Below the pieces are notes generated by a model. It was not told the DNA's origin. It saw only the letters and a list, made by a program, of their open reading frames with translations, and did no database searches. From Cenococcum geophilum (lineage: Eukaryota): a DNA stretch of 64,000 nt. The first letter of the stretch is position 1, and every line of letters starts with the position of its first letter. Made by a program: the position numbers and the translations under genes. Positions 39,776 to 52,500 of the stretch are shown here, one piece after another. The DNA lies in assembly GCA_050273025.1 (NCBI GenBank), contig CP158635.1, forward strand, positions 9,672,001-9,736,000, read 5' to 3'.

Positions 39776-42587
39776 TGTTGGTCTTATAAGGTAATATCAC
39801 GTATCTACAGGTTGTAGGTAGTATGATAGTTATTATTCTTCTTGATAATTAAGGACGAAGGGCTTAAGGCTCTTCGCCACGCTAGTGTCGCGGCAACACG
39901 TGACGGCAACTTGCCTTACGTGGCGGCAATTTACCTTATTTTTAACACTAGCAACTCTTCTTTTGTAGTTGCCATCTATATACACTTATAGATTACTACT
40001 ATATAAAGATACAAAGTTAAGGAGAAGAAGAAGGGCGTTAGGGGTTAACGCGAAGACGAGTAGCCGCTAAGGCGCTAGTAGTAAGCGAGCTAATGGCGAT
40101 TTTCCATGCCGGGTATGGAAAATCCTAATTAGCTAGCTTAACAAATAGCATTGGCAGAACTCTACACCGCTACCTAAATTAATTAGGTATGGCGTTCTTG
40201 GTAAGAATTTAACTAATTAAACAACTTTAACTGGTGGTTAAAGTTCTATAAGATCTTAACTTCTTTAAGTTTCCCTCTTAACCTAACCTTTAACTTATAT
40301 ACGTAGAGTATTTATATCTATAAACGTCTCTAGTGCCTTATTTAGGCTTGCCTTTATTATTGCATCTACTAGGTTATTTTAGCTATTAATCTATTGGATT
40401 TTAAAGAGTTTTTGCCGTTTATAGGATTACTAAAGTGCCATAATATTAATTATAAGGCGCTTCTTTTTTATAGTACTAAGCTTAACTAAGCACTTATAAA
40501 GGGAATATAAATCGGTGTATATAATTATAGGGATAACGGGAAGTTTAAGTTAATCTATAATTATCTTTAGGGTAGTTCTAATTGTAATTGCTATATTAAC
40601 TCCGCTAACTATTTTATATATCTCTAACGCTAGAACGCTTTAAGTAATGCGCTTACTCTTAGTTAAGCTTTAGTGGATAAAATTGCCGTAAATTATAAAG
40701 TTATTCTCTCTAGTAGATTTGTTTATAATAATAATCTTATATCCTAGCTAGGAGCTAAAATCTTTATTATTTATAAATAATCTATTAATAAATACAAAGA
40801 GCTTAGCGGTAGGAAGATTAATAGGTACGTAAAGTAGTCCCCAATTAAGATGGTTTATTTACTAGGAAAGACGTTTATTTAGAGTAAGGACGTTGTCCTT
40901 AGTTAGTTTTTAGTGTTAGGTAGCAATAAAGAGATTAAATAAAGCCTTAGGTTAATAGATAGAAGTAATATACGCTTTATAAGCGTATTACTCCACATAT
41001 CCTTACTTTAGAGAATTAGCGTTAATAACGTTAATCTTCTTACCTTAGCCCTTCTGGCGTAAAGTAATAGAATCCTTATTTAGGGAGAGGATGTATCTAT
41101 TAAAAAGTAATAGTGTTATTAAATTAAGCTTTTCCTTTGGCTTTACTATAAGATTTACCTTTACTAGCTTATCTTCTTTAAGAGCTAAGAATTGGTTGTC
41201 TTTTAAGATAATTATATTATTGGTTTATATGCCGATGATTCTAAATAGGGCTTCTATAGTTGCGATAAGGAAGTATAGATTAAATATAGAAGTAGTTATT
41301 AAGAGCTTCTCTTTATAGTGCTTGCTATAGGTAGCCTACTAATAAGTTCCTACCTTTGTAATTCTATATAATAGCTTAAGTATAACCATAATTATATTTT
41401 TGGGATATTAGTAGCAAATTTGCTTTAGAAGGTATACTAGTATTAAGCGTTAAAGGTACGTCTCTAATTAGGTATAGGCCTAAGTAATATCTTATAAATA
41501 AACCGCCATTCCGTTCTTTATTAAGGAGGGAGCTAGTATAATAATAACTTGCTAACTAGCTTGTTAAATTATAGAAGATTATATAAGAATTACCTCCTTA
41601 CTATTATTATTATAGCCTTAGATAATAAGCCTTAATTTCTTAAATAGGGCGTTAGTAGCTTTACCCTTAATCTTATTAACTATTCTTAACTTAAAGACGC
41701 AAACTCCATTAAACTTAGTAAGGTTATACTTCTTAAATTTAAAGACTCCTCTTATAATAAGACTATCAATCTTCTGCTTATTAGATACTTAAAAAGGAGC
41801 TCTAAGGGTTATAATATAACCTTCCTTTTAGAGCTATTTTACGAGCTTAAAGTTAGCCTTCTCCTTAGCTGTTATAAAGGCCATTAATAACTCGACTCTA
41901 TTCTTAATAGCGGCAATAAATTACTCTTTAAAATTAATAAGATATTAGCGATTTTATAATCCTTTTAGGCGACCTTTACCGCGTTATAGTTGCGGAACCT
42001 CTACTATAATTATATTAGAATTATAGTCGCCTTCTAAAGCACGTTAATTATAGTTCTCCTTTAGGGTATCCTATAAAGGCTTAGAACTATTATCTTTATA
42101 GTAAGGCTTAATAATAGTTAAACGGAATTAAGTGGGTCTGTAAGGCATCTAAATAATATAAGTTTAACCGTTAATTATAATAAGTTAATATAGGCCTAAC
42201 TACCCTCCCTTTTTACGCTATACGCGTACCTTAAACTAGAGTGGTATATTAAGCGTAGTTAAGGTATTTAGGCTATTTCTTATTTCTAGTACATTATTAA
42301 CCTAGCGTATAGCGTAGAGATATTACACCTTCTTTATTGCCTTATAAATAGCCTTAGCTTATTACACAATAGAGGGAGATAGTGGAGAATCGTTAGTTAT
42401 TTAAGGGTAGGCACTAAAGGCTAGTAATATAGGTATAAGCCTATCTAGGCCAGCGGAATTATTAATAGCCTTAATAGCTATTTATAAGATAAGCTTTTTA
42501 CTAATACCTTCTAGTTCTAAAGAAATAATCTTATATGCGCGGCGTAATAGCGCGTAATATTATTCCACTTTTTTAATACTATTATAT
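39776..42587 (-). mobile_element. Ty1/copia copy 2, 3' half (3' LTR, RNase H, RT, end of integrase), cut by the giant element
   Basis: LTR 39776-39947. Internal sequence is collinear with copy 1 up to its position ~13533, then switches abruptly. Confidence 0.93.
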
Positions 42588-43099
42588 TATCGGCAAAATA
42601 TTGTGGGCTGCCAATGGTCTCGGTTACCGGTAATCGGCGCAGTTGGCGCGCAGTTTAGGTCATTTGGCAACTCGACCAACCTGCCTATGTTGTGTTTTTT
42701 TTGACAGGTAAACTGCGCGCAAACTGCGCGTAAACTGCGCATTTGGTAACCATAATTGTATTTAGAGCCATCTACCTCTTTTGTACTAATAGTATAGTTT
42801 AAATAATAAATAAAGGTTACTTTAAAGCTGTTTATAAGGCTGCTAAGGCAAATTGTATATATTTCTTTATATAATCTATTATATTATTTTAGACAATTTA
42901 ATACAATATCCCAAATATCTTATAATATATTCTAAAAGCATAAGACCTTTCCTGCTCTCCCTGCAACAATAATATACTATAAGTGTTTGGCTTTGCTAGT
43001 ATAGCATATACATATAACCAAAAATTAGCTACTAAGAGTAGTAGGTATAGGCTAAAAGAAAGGTAAATTAAAAGCTAGTATATACAATAAAAAAGCCGC

Positions 43100-46000
43100 A
43101 GTTATCCTGTAGGAGAGTATGGAAAGTCCTATACCTAATTTTTTACTAAAAACTCCACTAGCTCCTCTTTACTAGAGTCTAGAGTATACGCTATAAACCT
43201 TATATACTGCTCCTTATTCTTAATTAAATTTGATATTACTTTCCCATTATTATACTAGCTATAGCTGTCCTCTGCAAGGCCGTAGTACTGCTTAAATTAT
43301 GCAAATGACTTATTAGATTTAAACCTTTTTGGCCTAGGCTTACTGGTTCCTGTATTTAGGACAAAGTGGTATACTAGGGCAGAGGATGTATATTCTGCTA
43401 AATCTAACAAACTTAGCTAGTTCCAAAGGTTGAATTAGCAGATATTATAGTAGTAGTAGGGCCCTAGATTTTCTAGCTTACTCTAGAGCTCTCCCTTTAA
43501 GACAGACTTGGTGGACTGGTTTGGCCTACTCTAGAGCTCTCCATTTGGGATAGACTTAGTAGGCTAGTCTAACTTGCTTTAGAGCTCTCCCTTTAAGATA
43601 GACTTGGTAGACTAAATGGTATAGTCCGGCTCACTGATAAATAGCCCGAGTTAATAACTGCGTTAGTTTTGTTATTGCTAAGGCTTGCGAGGAATCTCTC
43701 TCTTGTGTTATTACTTAGATCCGCTATAAGGTTGTTAAGGTTATCTTTATATAGGTCTTTAATAATTTCTATAGTATCCGGTTAACCCGTTAGGCCTATA
43801 GCATATTTAATAACTGCGGGCTAAAGCCGCAACTAGATTCTAAATTGGCGTTTTTTAGATATCTGGTTCTAGCCGCCTAAGAGGTTAGTATAGGCTTCTA
43901 TGACGGGTTAGAGAATAAAACTAGGTAGTAAAATACTAGATATATATAGACCGCTAACGGTAAAGCTATAAAAGTTATCTATTACCCTAGTACTAGTTCT
44001 ATACTCCCTAATTGTATAATATATTGCTGTTAAAATAAAAGTAATAGTGTTGCTAGTAAGCTTTTTAAATATATTATAAGAGGAGGGTATTCAGGTAAGG
44101 CCGTTCTTTCCTTTACTGTAAAATATATTAGCTATATTAGCAACTATTGCGTTAGAACGGAACCGGTTATCGCTTAGCTATTAGCTCTTATTAGTATTTT
44201 TTACTAAATAGCACGGGTAAAATACCTTTGTGTAATCCAGCGTAACAAAATTATAATTAGTTAGTAGTTCTACAATCAGTTTAGGCGCGTTGTTAAACCC
44301 TAGCCTATATACCTCCCTTATAACTATATAAGCCTTTAAAATTACGTAGTTCTTAAAGTTCCCTATTATATTAAATAGCTATAGATAATATTAAGATTGT
44401 TAGTAAATAATTTAATATAATATTAATATAATATTCTTAGTGTATAGATACCTTGCGAGCGGATACTAGGTTAGGAATATAATTAGCCTTTTTTTATACT
44501 GCTTTTAGCTGCTTTATAATGGCTTCTAGCTATGCCTTTTTTATTATACCCTTAACTAGGCCTAGAAAGCGGTTGAACTATGGGTTAATAAGATGCCCTT
44601 TATAAGTACTAGAGTTGGTTACTAGCCTTACTACTAAAATAGACCTATAAAGCGCAAATATGGGCTTATATCTCTTAGGTGGGTTTTCTTTTATATATCG
44701 CCGTTATAATATCTAGAGGTACTCTTCTCTTGCCTATAGCGCGGTAGTTAGGTTAAAATCGTTTCTATAGTCCGACTCGTCCTTACTTTCCCTAGTGCTA
44801 TTTAAGTCCCCTTTAGATCAAACACTAGGTTAGTATACTCTGTGTTAGAGGGAGGTTACTTATTTTGTGGACGAAGCTATATTAGAGTTTAGGCGGACAT
44901 GGCTTACTAGGATAAATATATTACTAAACATTAGTTCTTTATGCGATAAGGTACGCGCGGGAGAGTATTTTAAACTAGCACGCAATTATTTACGCGGTAA
45001 GGTACGGATTAGGCGTATAGGAGAGTATTTTAAACTAGTACGCAATTATTAAGAGCCGGAGGTATATTGCGAAGATGCTGCTTTTTATAGCGGTGGATGG
45101 TTAGATAATAAAGATAGTATTAGGGCCTACCGAGTGCTAAATAGTAGAGGAGACTATTAAGTATTATAGTTAGACTCCAGTTATATATAAAGGTATAACC
45201 TACCTTAACTAAAAGATTAGGACTTCGCGTTCTTAACTAAGCTAGTTCTACTGCCAGATTATTAACAAATTTAGTAGATTTATTAATATTTGGTTGCTGT
45301 CGTTTCGTAGAAGAAGTAGGTATAGACTCATAGTCACTATCCTTATTATTAGATATTACCCTTTTTGGCCGGAGGCGGCTATGTACATTCTATATATTAT
45401 TAGCTAGCTTAATCTATTATATATAACGTTAATAGGGTTTATTATATACCTGCTCCTTTTTACGCCCGGATATAACTAGACTAGAGTTATAATATTGCTT
45501 ATTCTCGCTGGGTTCTATATACTTATTCTCCGCTAGCGCGTTCTTCCTTTTATTAGCTAGGATATGGGCAACTCCTAGTAGTAGGCTAGGTAGAGACGTA
45601 AAGTTAATTATACTAGTTGTCCTCGTTTCCTTATTCTATATTGACTTAAAGTAGGGTTCTTACTACTAGTTTAAGTGTTTAATAATGCGTTTTTATGTTT
45701 ACCTGCCATGGTAACGCTCTTATATTTGCCTAGTTAGTAGAAGGTATAGCCTATAGCTAGAATAGGTTATTTTATAGCTGTTTCTGTGATGTTTAGGGCG
45801 TATATAGATTAATAACTTAAAAGAACGTATACTGGTATGGTATATATTAAACTAATAGCAGTATTAGTAGGAGTGTTACTGCTATAGTGCTTGCAAATAA
45901 CTTAAATAGGGGTGTATTTGTTGTGATTAGCTGCTAGTTCTAACTGATTGCGGTTAAGCTGTGACCGCGACCTATTAACTTGTGTTAAGTTAGTAGTTAA

Positions 46001-47900
46001 AACATTATTGTATATTCTAAGATTGTTAAATATAATTTGCTATTATATGCGAAACTATTTTATTCTATTAGCATATCCCTTAGTAGATATAGTATGGGTG
46101 TATAAAAGGTTAAACGTTAATCCTGGTAATAAAAGTAGTAGGCTAGTAAGACTTATGTCCGAATTTAATAGGGAGGTACCTTATTAAACCATTTTACCTA
46201 CCTAGGGCGCTGGCTTTTAGATCCTATATCTTATTCCAATCCACCTATATTAGGTTTAATAGCCGTCTTATACTTAAAGTGAAGCTTATCCACCTTATCC
46301 GTGCAGCTTATTAGTGTAGATAATGCTAGGGTAGGTATAGGCAGTATATAGGATAGTAATAACACTTCTATATAGTTATATCGCCATATTCTACACCCTT
46401 ATATAATACCTAGTATTTCTACCGTAAATATCTAATGTTATTCTTCCGCGTTATTAACCCCGCTAGCCTATAATAAGCCTAACCTATTATAATAGCAATT
46501 AAATTTAGCAGAATGGTAAGGAAAGCGCAAGCATAGATATAAGGATTGGGTGTTAGATACTAAGAGTGAGCCGGGGACGGTGTTAATATATATTACCCTA
46601 ATAAGTTTACTAAAAAGAACGGGTATAAACCTTAGGCTTTATTGTCTAATCCCCTCAGGCGTTTTAAGAATGCTAGATAAGTTATAAGAATATCTTAGGT
46701 TATATTGTTCTAAGACTCCCTCGCTTAATAGCATACTAAGGGGCTCTATTAAGCCGTCTACCTTTATATATGGTGATCTATTAAACTAGTAAGTATTCTA
46801 GATAAAGTAGTGGCTTTAAGGTGTATAATCTATGCTGCGGTTATAGTTGCCTTTACCTTTTCTGTTGCGGGTTAAGGCGTAGAGTAAGGGCTCTTTTTTG
46901 ACTAGGAGAGGTTTTTTAGGATAGCTATAGGTTGAGTATCGCCTTAGTATTAACCCGTTTACCAGTTTTATCTATTTTTGTACGTGTAGAGTGCGAGTTA
47001 TCTAGTAAAGGTAAGGGTGCGGAAATAGAGGGTAAGTAATTATATCGTTCTTGGCTGGTAGCGCAGACTATAAATATAAGTTAGTGACACTGGCTTAACT
47101 TTAAGTAGTAACCTACTTATTCTTCTTTATTCTATTATAAATAAAAACCTATTTATTTTTTATAAAAATATATCCTTAACCGTACTACGCTATTTCTCTT
47201 TGTTTATAAGCTGAATTCGTCCTCTAGCTATCTTATTACTAACGTAGTAGTAAAGCGTTTTACTCTTAGGGTTAAAGTTAATATTCTGGCCTAGTATGTC
47301 TATAAATGTATTAAAGCTTAGATTATTAACGTGTATATTTAGAGCGTTATTCTTACTAGTCGCTAGCTTTTGGGTTAGGATAATTATTGGCTCTTTGTTA
47401 GCTGCCTACCGGATTAGTATTATTATTGTTCTATATAACTTTAGTGTTCCCTCCTACCTTATTGCCTTTAGTATGCCAGCTAGTGGATAATACGTAATGG
47501 CGGAGTGTGGGAGTACTGGGTTGCCTGTTGTAATTTGCCTAGTAGGAGCCGTTTTGTTTGTTTAACGCGTCGCGTTATAGCTATAGTACTAGGTAAGCTG
47601 TTTAATATATTTAGTATATAGGTTCTTAGGTAAACCTAGAAACACGGATAGGAATTCGTTGGAGATTTTGTTTAATATTTGCCGTATTTGTACCTTGCTT
47701 ATAAGGGAGCGTAGTGGCTATTTAAGGAGCCCGCGCGTTAACATTTTAATTTTAATATTATAGTAGATCGTATTATATTATTTATTCGTAAGCCCTAGAT
47801 CTTACTTAAGAGTATCTTTAGTGTTATAGCTTAGGTCTATTATTAGTGCTATAATTCTAGAAGCGTTAGGGGAGGTGTGGTAGGAAAGACGTCTTAATTA
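43100..47900 (-). pseudogene. Large multi-exon gene relic (possibly two genes) with a DUF6532-like domain at ~43700-44600
   Basis: Spliced minus-strand translation gives KA*LEA..FKNYVILKAYIVIREVYRL..ELLTNYNF..NRFRSNAIV..IFYSKG..TITFILTAIYYTIREYRTS..AYTNLLGG*. This resembles the DUF6532 pattern (IALVxTAIxxAIxEWxTG) as I recall it. Three GT..AG introns in the domain. Boundaries approximate. Confidence 0.55.
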
Positions 47901-48159
47901 CGCGCTAAGACTAATATATAAAATTGTATAGATAGGTATATTGTTTAGTTATTATATAAAACAATCAGTTAAATGTCTTATAAGAAATAAATAAGCGTAT
48001 TAGCGAATGCTTCTTCACCCGCTATACTACCTAGACTTATAAGCCTTCTCCTATCCCTTTTACGTCTCCGTCTATGAGCTCGATTTAGCACCCGGATTTA
48101 TTAATACTTTTTTTTTATATATTTTTTATATATTTATTATATTATACTATGTATAATAA

Positions 48160-49480
48160 TGCGTATATAGCCTCTAGGCTATAGTGCTATAGTTTTATAT
48201 ATATAAATCCTTTCTAGGCAGCTTAATATATACTAGTAACTATATTTACTAATACTTTAAGACGCCTAGTTAGCCCATAACTGGTAGAGCCTGGTTAGTA
48301 TAATTAGAGGTCCCGACCTCTACTAAAATACTTAATACCCCTAATAAGGGCTAGAATATTATCAGCGAAAACAGAGATATTCTACTATAAGTTAATAAGA
48401 TCTTAGGTCTATATAGCTTAATAAAGGAGTATCTAAGCTCTTAATATAATCTTTTAAGAAAAAACATGATTAAACCGTTAAAAGAGGTAGTAGGTTAAAT
48501 TAGAGTAGACCCTTTTTAGTTTACCGGAATCTAGATATGGTAATAGAGTCGGTATATATAAATAGGTAAGTATGCTATAATTCTAAAGCAGTCATCCCCT
48601 AATATCTATAAGGTCCATACTAGCTTAGTAATATTTTTACCTTAAGGGCTAGTAATCTGCGTGGCGTTCTTACTTAGGAAAGTAGGGAAGATAATCTGTT
48701 GGGATTAGTTAAAAAGACTAGTCGCTAGGTCTCTAGTTGCTTTAACTCCCAAGACTACTAATTTTTAAATAAAATATATACTTATAATAGTGGCGGTGAG
48801 ACTATTGGCCGCATTAGAACAGAATCCCCTAAAGGTTAACTTATTCTTTAAGACCTAAAGATATTAAAATTAACTCATCCGTATTATAGATAATGGTTAA
48901 GGAATGAACTAGATTTTATAAAGTTAGTTGCTATACTATGTTAGCATTATAAAAGCTAATAAGAGAGCTGTAAGTATATGATGTTTTCTAAATAAGAAGA
49001 TATCTAACCATTAATAGATTCCCGTTATTAGAATACCTTATTTAAGTTTAATAGAATGTTAAAGCACTATAATATGTTATAAATAAGCCTTATACGGATC
49101 TTAGTTTAATTGTAGCTATTAAGGATACTTCTTTATTTGAGAATGTTTATATTTTTAAAGACTAGTTAGATATAACTACTATAGGGCTTAATAAATCTTA
49201 AGCTACTATACTGAAACGAGTTCTTATAAAGCGTCTTGTAATAATCTAAAGACCTCTAGGCACTAGAAAAACGTGGCTTTAAAGGCGTTGCTTAGCAATA
49301 TAACAATGGGAGATCCCCCTATTATTGTTATATGTTATATAAACTATACGCTAAACTAGTTATTTAGGTATATTGCTTAAAGTAATATATACTTTATAAA
49401 TTTTCCTAGTACTTTTAACCGTCTTAATACTATCGCTTATATAGATAGACGATATTATACTGCATTAGGCGCCGTGGCCG
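48160..49480 (+). pseudogene. RIP-mutated intron-containing gene of unknown function
   Basis: Continuous frame broken only by RIP-type stops; GTAAGT donors at ~48566 and ~48970 with branch and AG acceptors. Confidence 0.45.
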
Positions 49481-49544
49481 TGTGAGTAAAAAGAAGAGGA
49501 AGCGTTAGGGCTCCCTCTTTTTATATTTTATATTTTATATTTTT

Positions 49545-52500
49545 ATATTATCTTATATTGTCCTATTATTGTCCTACTATTATGTTATATTGTCCTATAT
49601 TATCCCATATTGTCCTGCCATTATATTATATTGTCCTGCCATTATGTTACATTATTCTGCTATTGTGTCACATTGTCCTGCCATTATATTACATTGTCCT
49701 ACTATTATATCACATTATTCTACCATTGTGTTATATTGTCCTATTATTGCCCTACCATTATGTTATATTGTCCTGCTATTATCCTACCATTGTCCTGCTA
49801 TTGTGTTATATTATCCTATCATTATCCTATTATTGTGTTATATTGTCCTATTATTGTCCTACTATTGGTTATACAAGGGGGATATCACGTAGCTACGGTT
49901 CGTAGATAGTATGATAATTATTATTGTTTATATATTCTTCTAAGAAAGGGGAAGGGTAAGGAACTTAAGGTTCCTTACCACGCTAGTGCCGCGGCAACAC
50001 GTGACGGCAACTTGCCTCACGTGACGGCAAATTGCCGCATATGGCGGCAATTTGCCCTATTCCCAACACTAGCAACTCTTTTTTTTATAATTGCCATCTA
50101 TAAACACCTATAGATTGCTACTATACAAAAGTATAAAGCTAAGGGGAAGAAGGAAAAGAGGAAGGGTATTAGGGGGTTAACGCGAAGACAGGTGGGCCGC
50201 CGAGACGCTAGTAGTAAGCGAGCCAATGGCAATTTTCCATACCGGGTATAGAAAATCCTAATTAGCTAGATTAACAAATGGCGTTGGCAGAACTCCATAC
50301 CGCCACCTGAATTAATTAGGCGCGGCGCTCTTAGCAAGAATCTAACTAATTAGACAACTTTAACCGGCGGTTAAAGTTCTATAAGATCTTAACTTCTTTA
50401 AATTTCCCTCTTAACCTAACCTTTAACTCATATATATAGAGTATTTATATTAACAAATGTCTCTAGTACCTTATTTAGGTTTACCTTTATTATCGCATCT
50501 ACTAGGTTATCTTAGCTATTAATCTATTAAATCTTAAAGAGTTCTTAACGCTTATAGGATTACTAAAGTGCTATAATATTAATTATAAGACGCTTCTCCT
50601 TTATAGTGCTAAGCTTAACTAAATACTTATAAAGGGAGTATAAGTTGGTGTATATAATTATAGGAATAGCAGGAATTTTAAGTCAATCCGTAATTATCTT
50701 AAGGGTAGTTCCAATTGCAATTACTATATTAACTCCGCTAACTATTCCGTATATCTCTAACGCTAGAATACTTTAAGTAACGCGTTTACTCTTAGTTGAG
50801 CTCTAATAGATAAGGTTGCCGTAAATTATAAAGTTATTCTCTCTAGTAGATTTGTTTATAATAATAATCTTATATCCTAACTAGGAGCTAAAATCTTTGT
50901 TATTAGTAAACAATCTATTAACAAATATAAAGATCTTAGTAGTGGGGAGATTAATAGGTATATAGAGTAGCCCTTAATTAAGATAATTTATCTACTAAAA
51001 AAGGCGCTTATTTAGAGCAAGAACGTCATCCTTAGTTAGTTCCTAGTATTAGGCAGCAATAGAGAGATTAAAGGAAGCCTTAGGTTAACAGATAGAAGCA
51101 ATATAAGCCCTATAAACACGTTATTCCACATATCCTTATTTTAGAGAATTAACATTAACAACGTTAATCTTCTTGCCTTAACCCTTCTGGCGTAAAGCAA
51201 TAGAGTCCTTATTTATAGAAAGGATACATCTATTAAAGAGCAATGGTATTGTTAAATTAAGTCTTTCCTTTAGCTTTGCTATAAGATTTACCTTTACTAG
51301 CTTATCTTCTTTAAGAGTTAAGAATTGGTCGTCTCCTAAGATAATTATATTATTAGTTTATATGCCGACGATTCCGAATAGAGTTCTTATAGTTATAATA
51401 AGGAAGCAGGGATTAAATATAGAAGTAGTTATCAAAAGCTTCTCTTTATAGTGCTTACTATAAGTAGCCCACTAATAAGTTCCTGCCTCTGTAATTCCAT
51501 ATAATGGCTTAAGGACAACCATAATTATATCTTTAGGATATTGGTAGCGAATTTGCTCTAGAAGATATGTAAGTATTAAGCGCTAGAGGCACGTCTCTAA
51601 TTGGGTATAGGCCTAAGTAATATCTCGCAAATAAACTGCCATTCCGTTCTTTATTAAGGAGGGAGCTAGTGCAATAATGACTCGCTAACTAGCTCGTTAA
51701 ATTATAGGAGATTGCATAAGGATTGTCTCCTTACCATTATTATTGTAACCTTAGATAATAAGCCTTAATTTCTTAAATAGGGCGTTAGTAGCCTTACCCT
51801 TAATCTTATTGACCATTCTTAACTTAAAGATATGAATTCCATTGAACTTAGTAGGGTTATACTTCTCGAATTTAAAAACTCCTCTTATAATAAGACCGTC
51901 GATCTCCCGCTTATTGGATGCTTGGAAGGGGGCTTCTAGAGTTATAATACGACCTTCCTTTTAGAGCTGTTTTGCGAGCTCGAAGTTAGCCTTCTCTTTA
52001 GCTGTTATAAAGGCTATCGATAGCTTAGCTCTACTCTTAATAGCGGCAATAAATTACTCTTCGAAATTGATAAGATGTTAGCGATTTCGTAATCCCTTCG
52101 GGCGGCCTCTACCGCGTCGTAGTTGCAGTATATCTACTACAATTGTATTAGGATTGTAGTCGCCTTCTAGGGCACGCTGATCGTGGTTCTTCTCTAGGGC
52201 ATCTTCTGGGGTATCTTCTAGGGTATCTTCTAGGGTATCCTATAGAGGCTTAGAACTGTTATCTTTATAGTAGGGCCTAATAACGGTTAAACGGAATTAA
52301 GTAGGTCTATAGGGCATCTAAAGAGTATAAGTTTGACTATTAATTATAATAAGTTTATATGGGCCTGACTATCCTCCCTTTTCACGCCATACCCGTACTT
52401 TAGATTGGAGTGGCAGATTAAGTGTAGTTAAGGTGTTTAGGCCATTTCTTATTCCTAGTACGTTATTAACCTAGCGCGTAGCATATAGACATTATACCTC

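Noticed and set aside
42588..42625. Helitron 3' end (hairpin plus CTRR) on the minus strand
   Set aside because: The terminal stem is weak, there is no CTRR end, and no Rep/PIF1 motifs are visible; the helicase present is SNF2-type.
49558..49909. Three overlapping Tyr/Ile/Cys-rich ORFs
   Set aside because: Translations of a minisatellite that run into a copia LTR.
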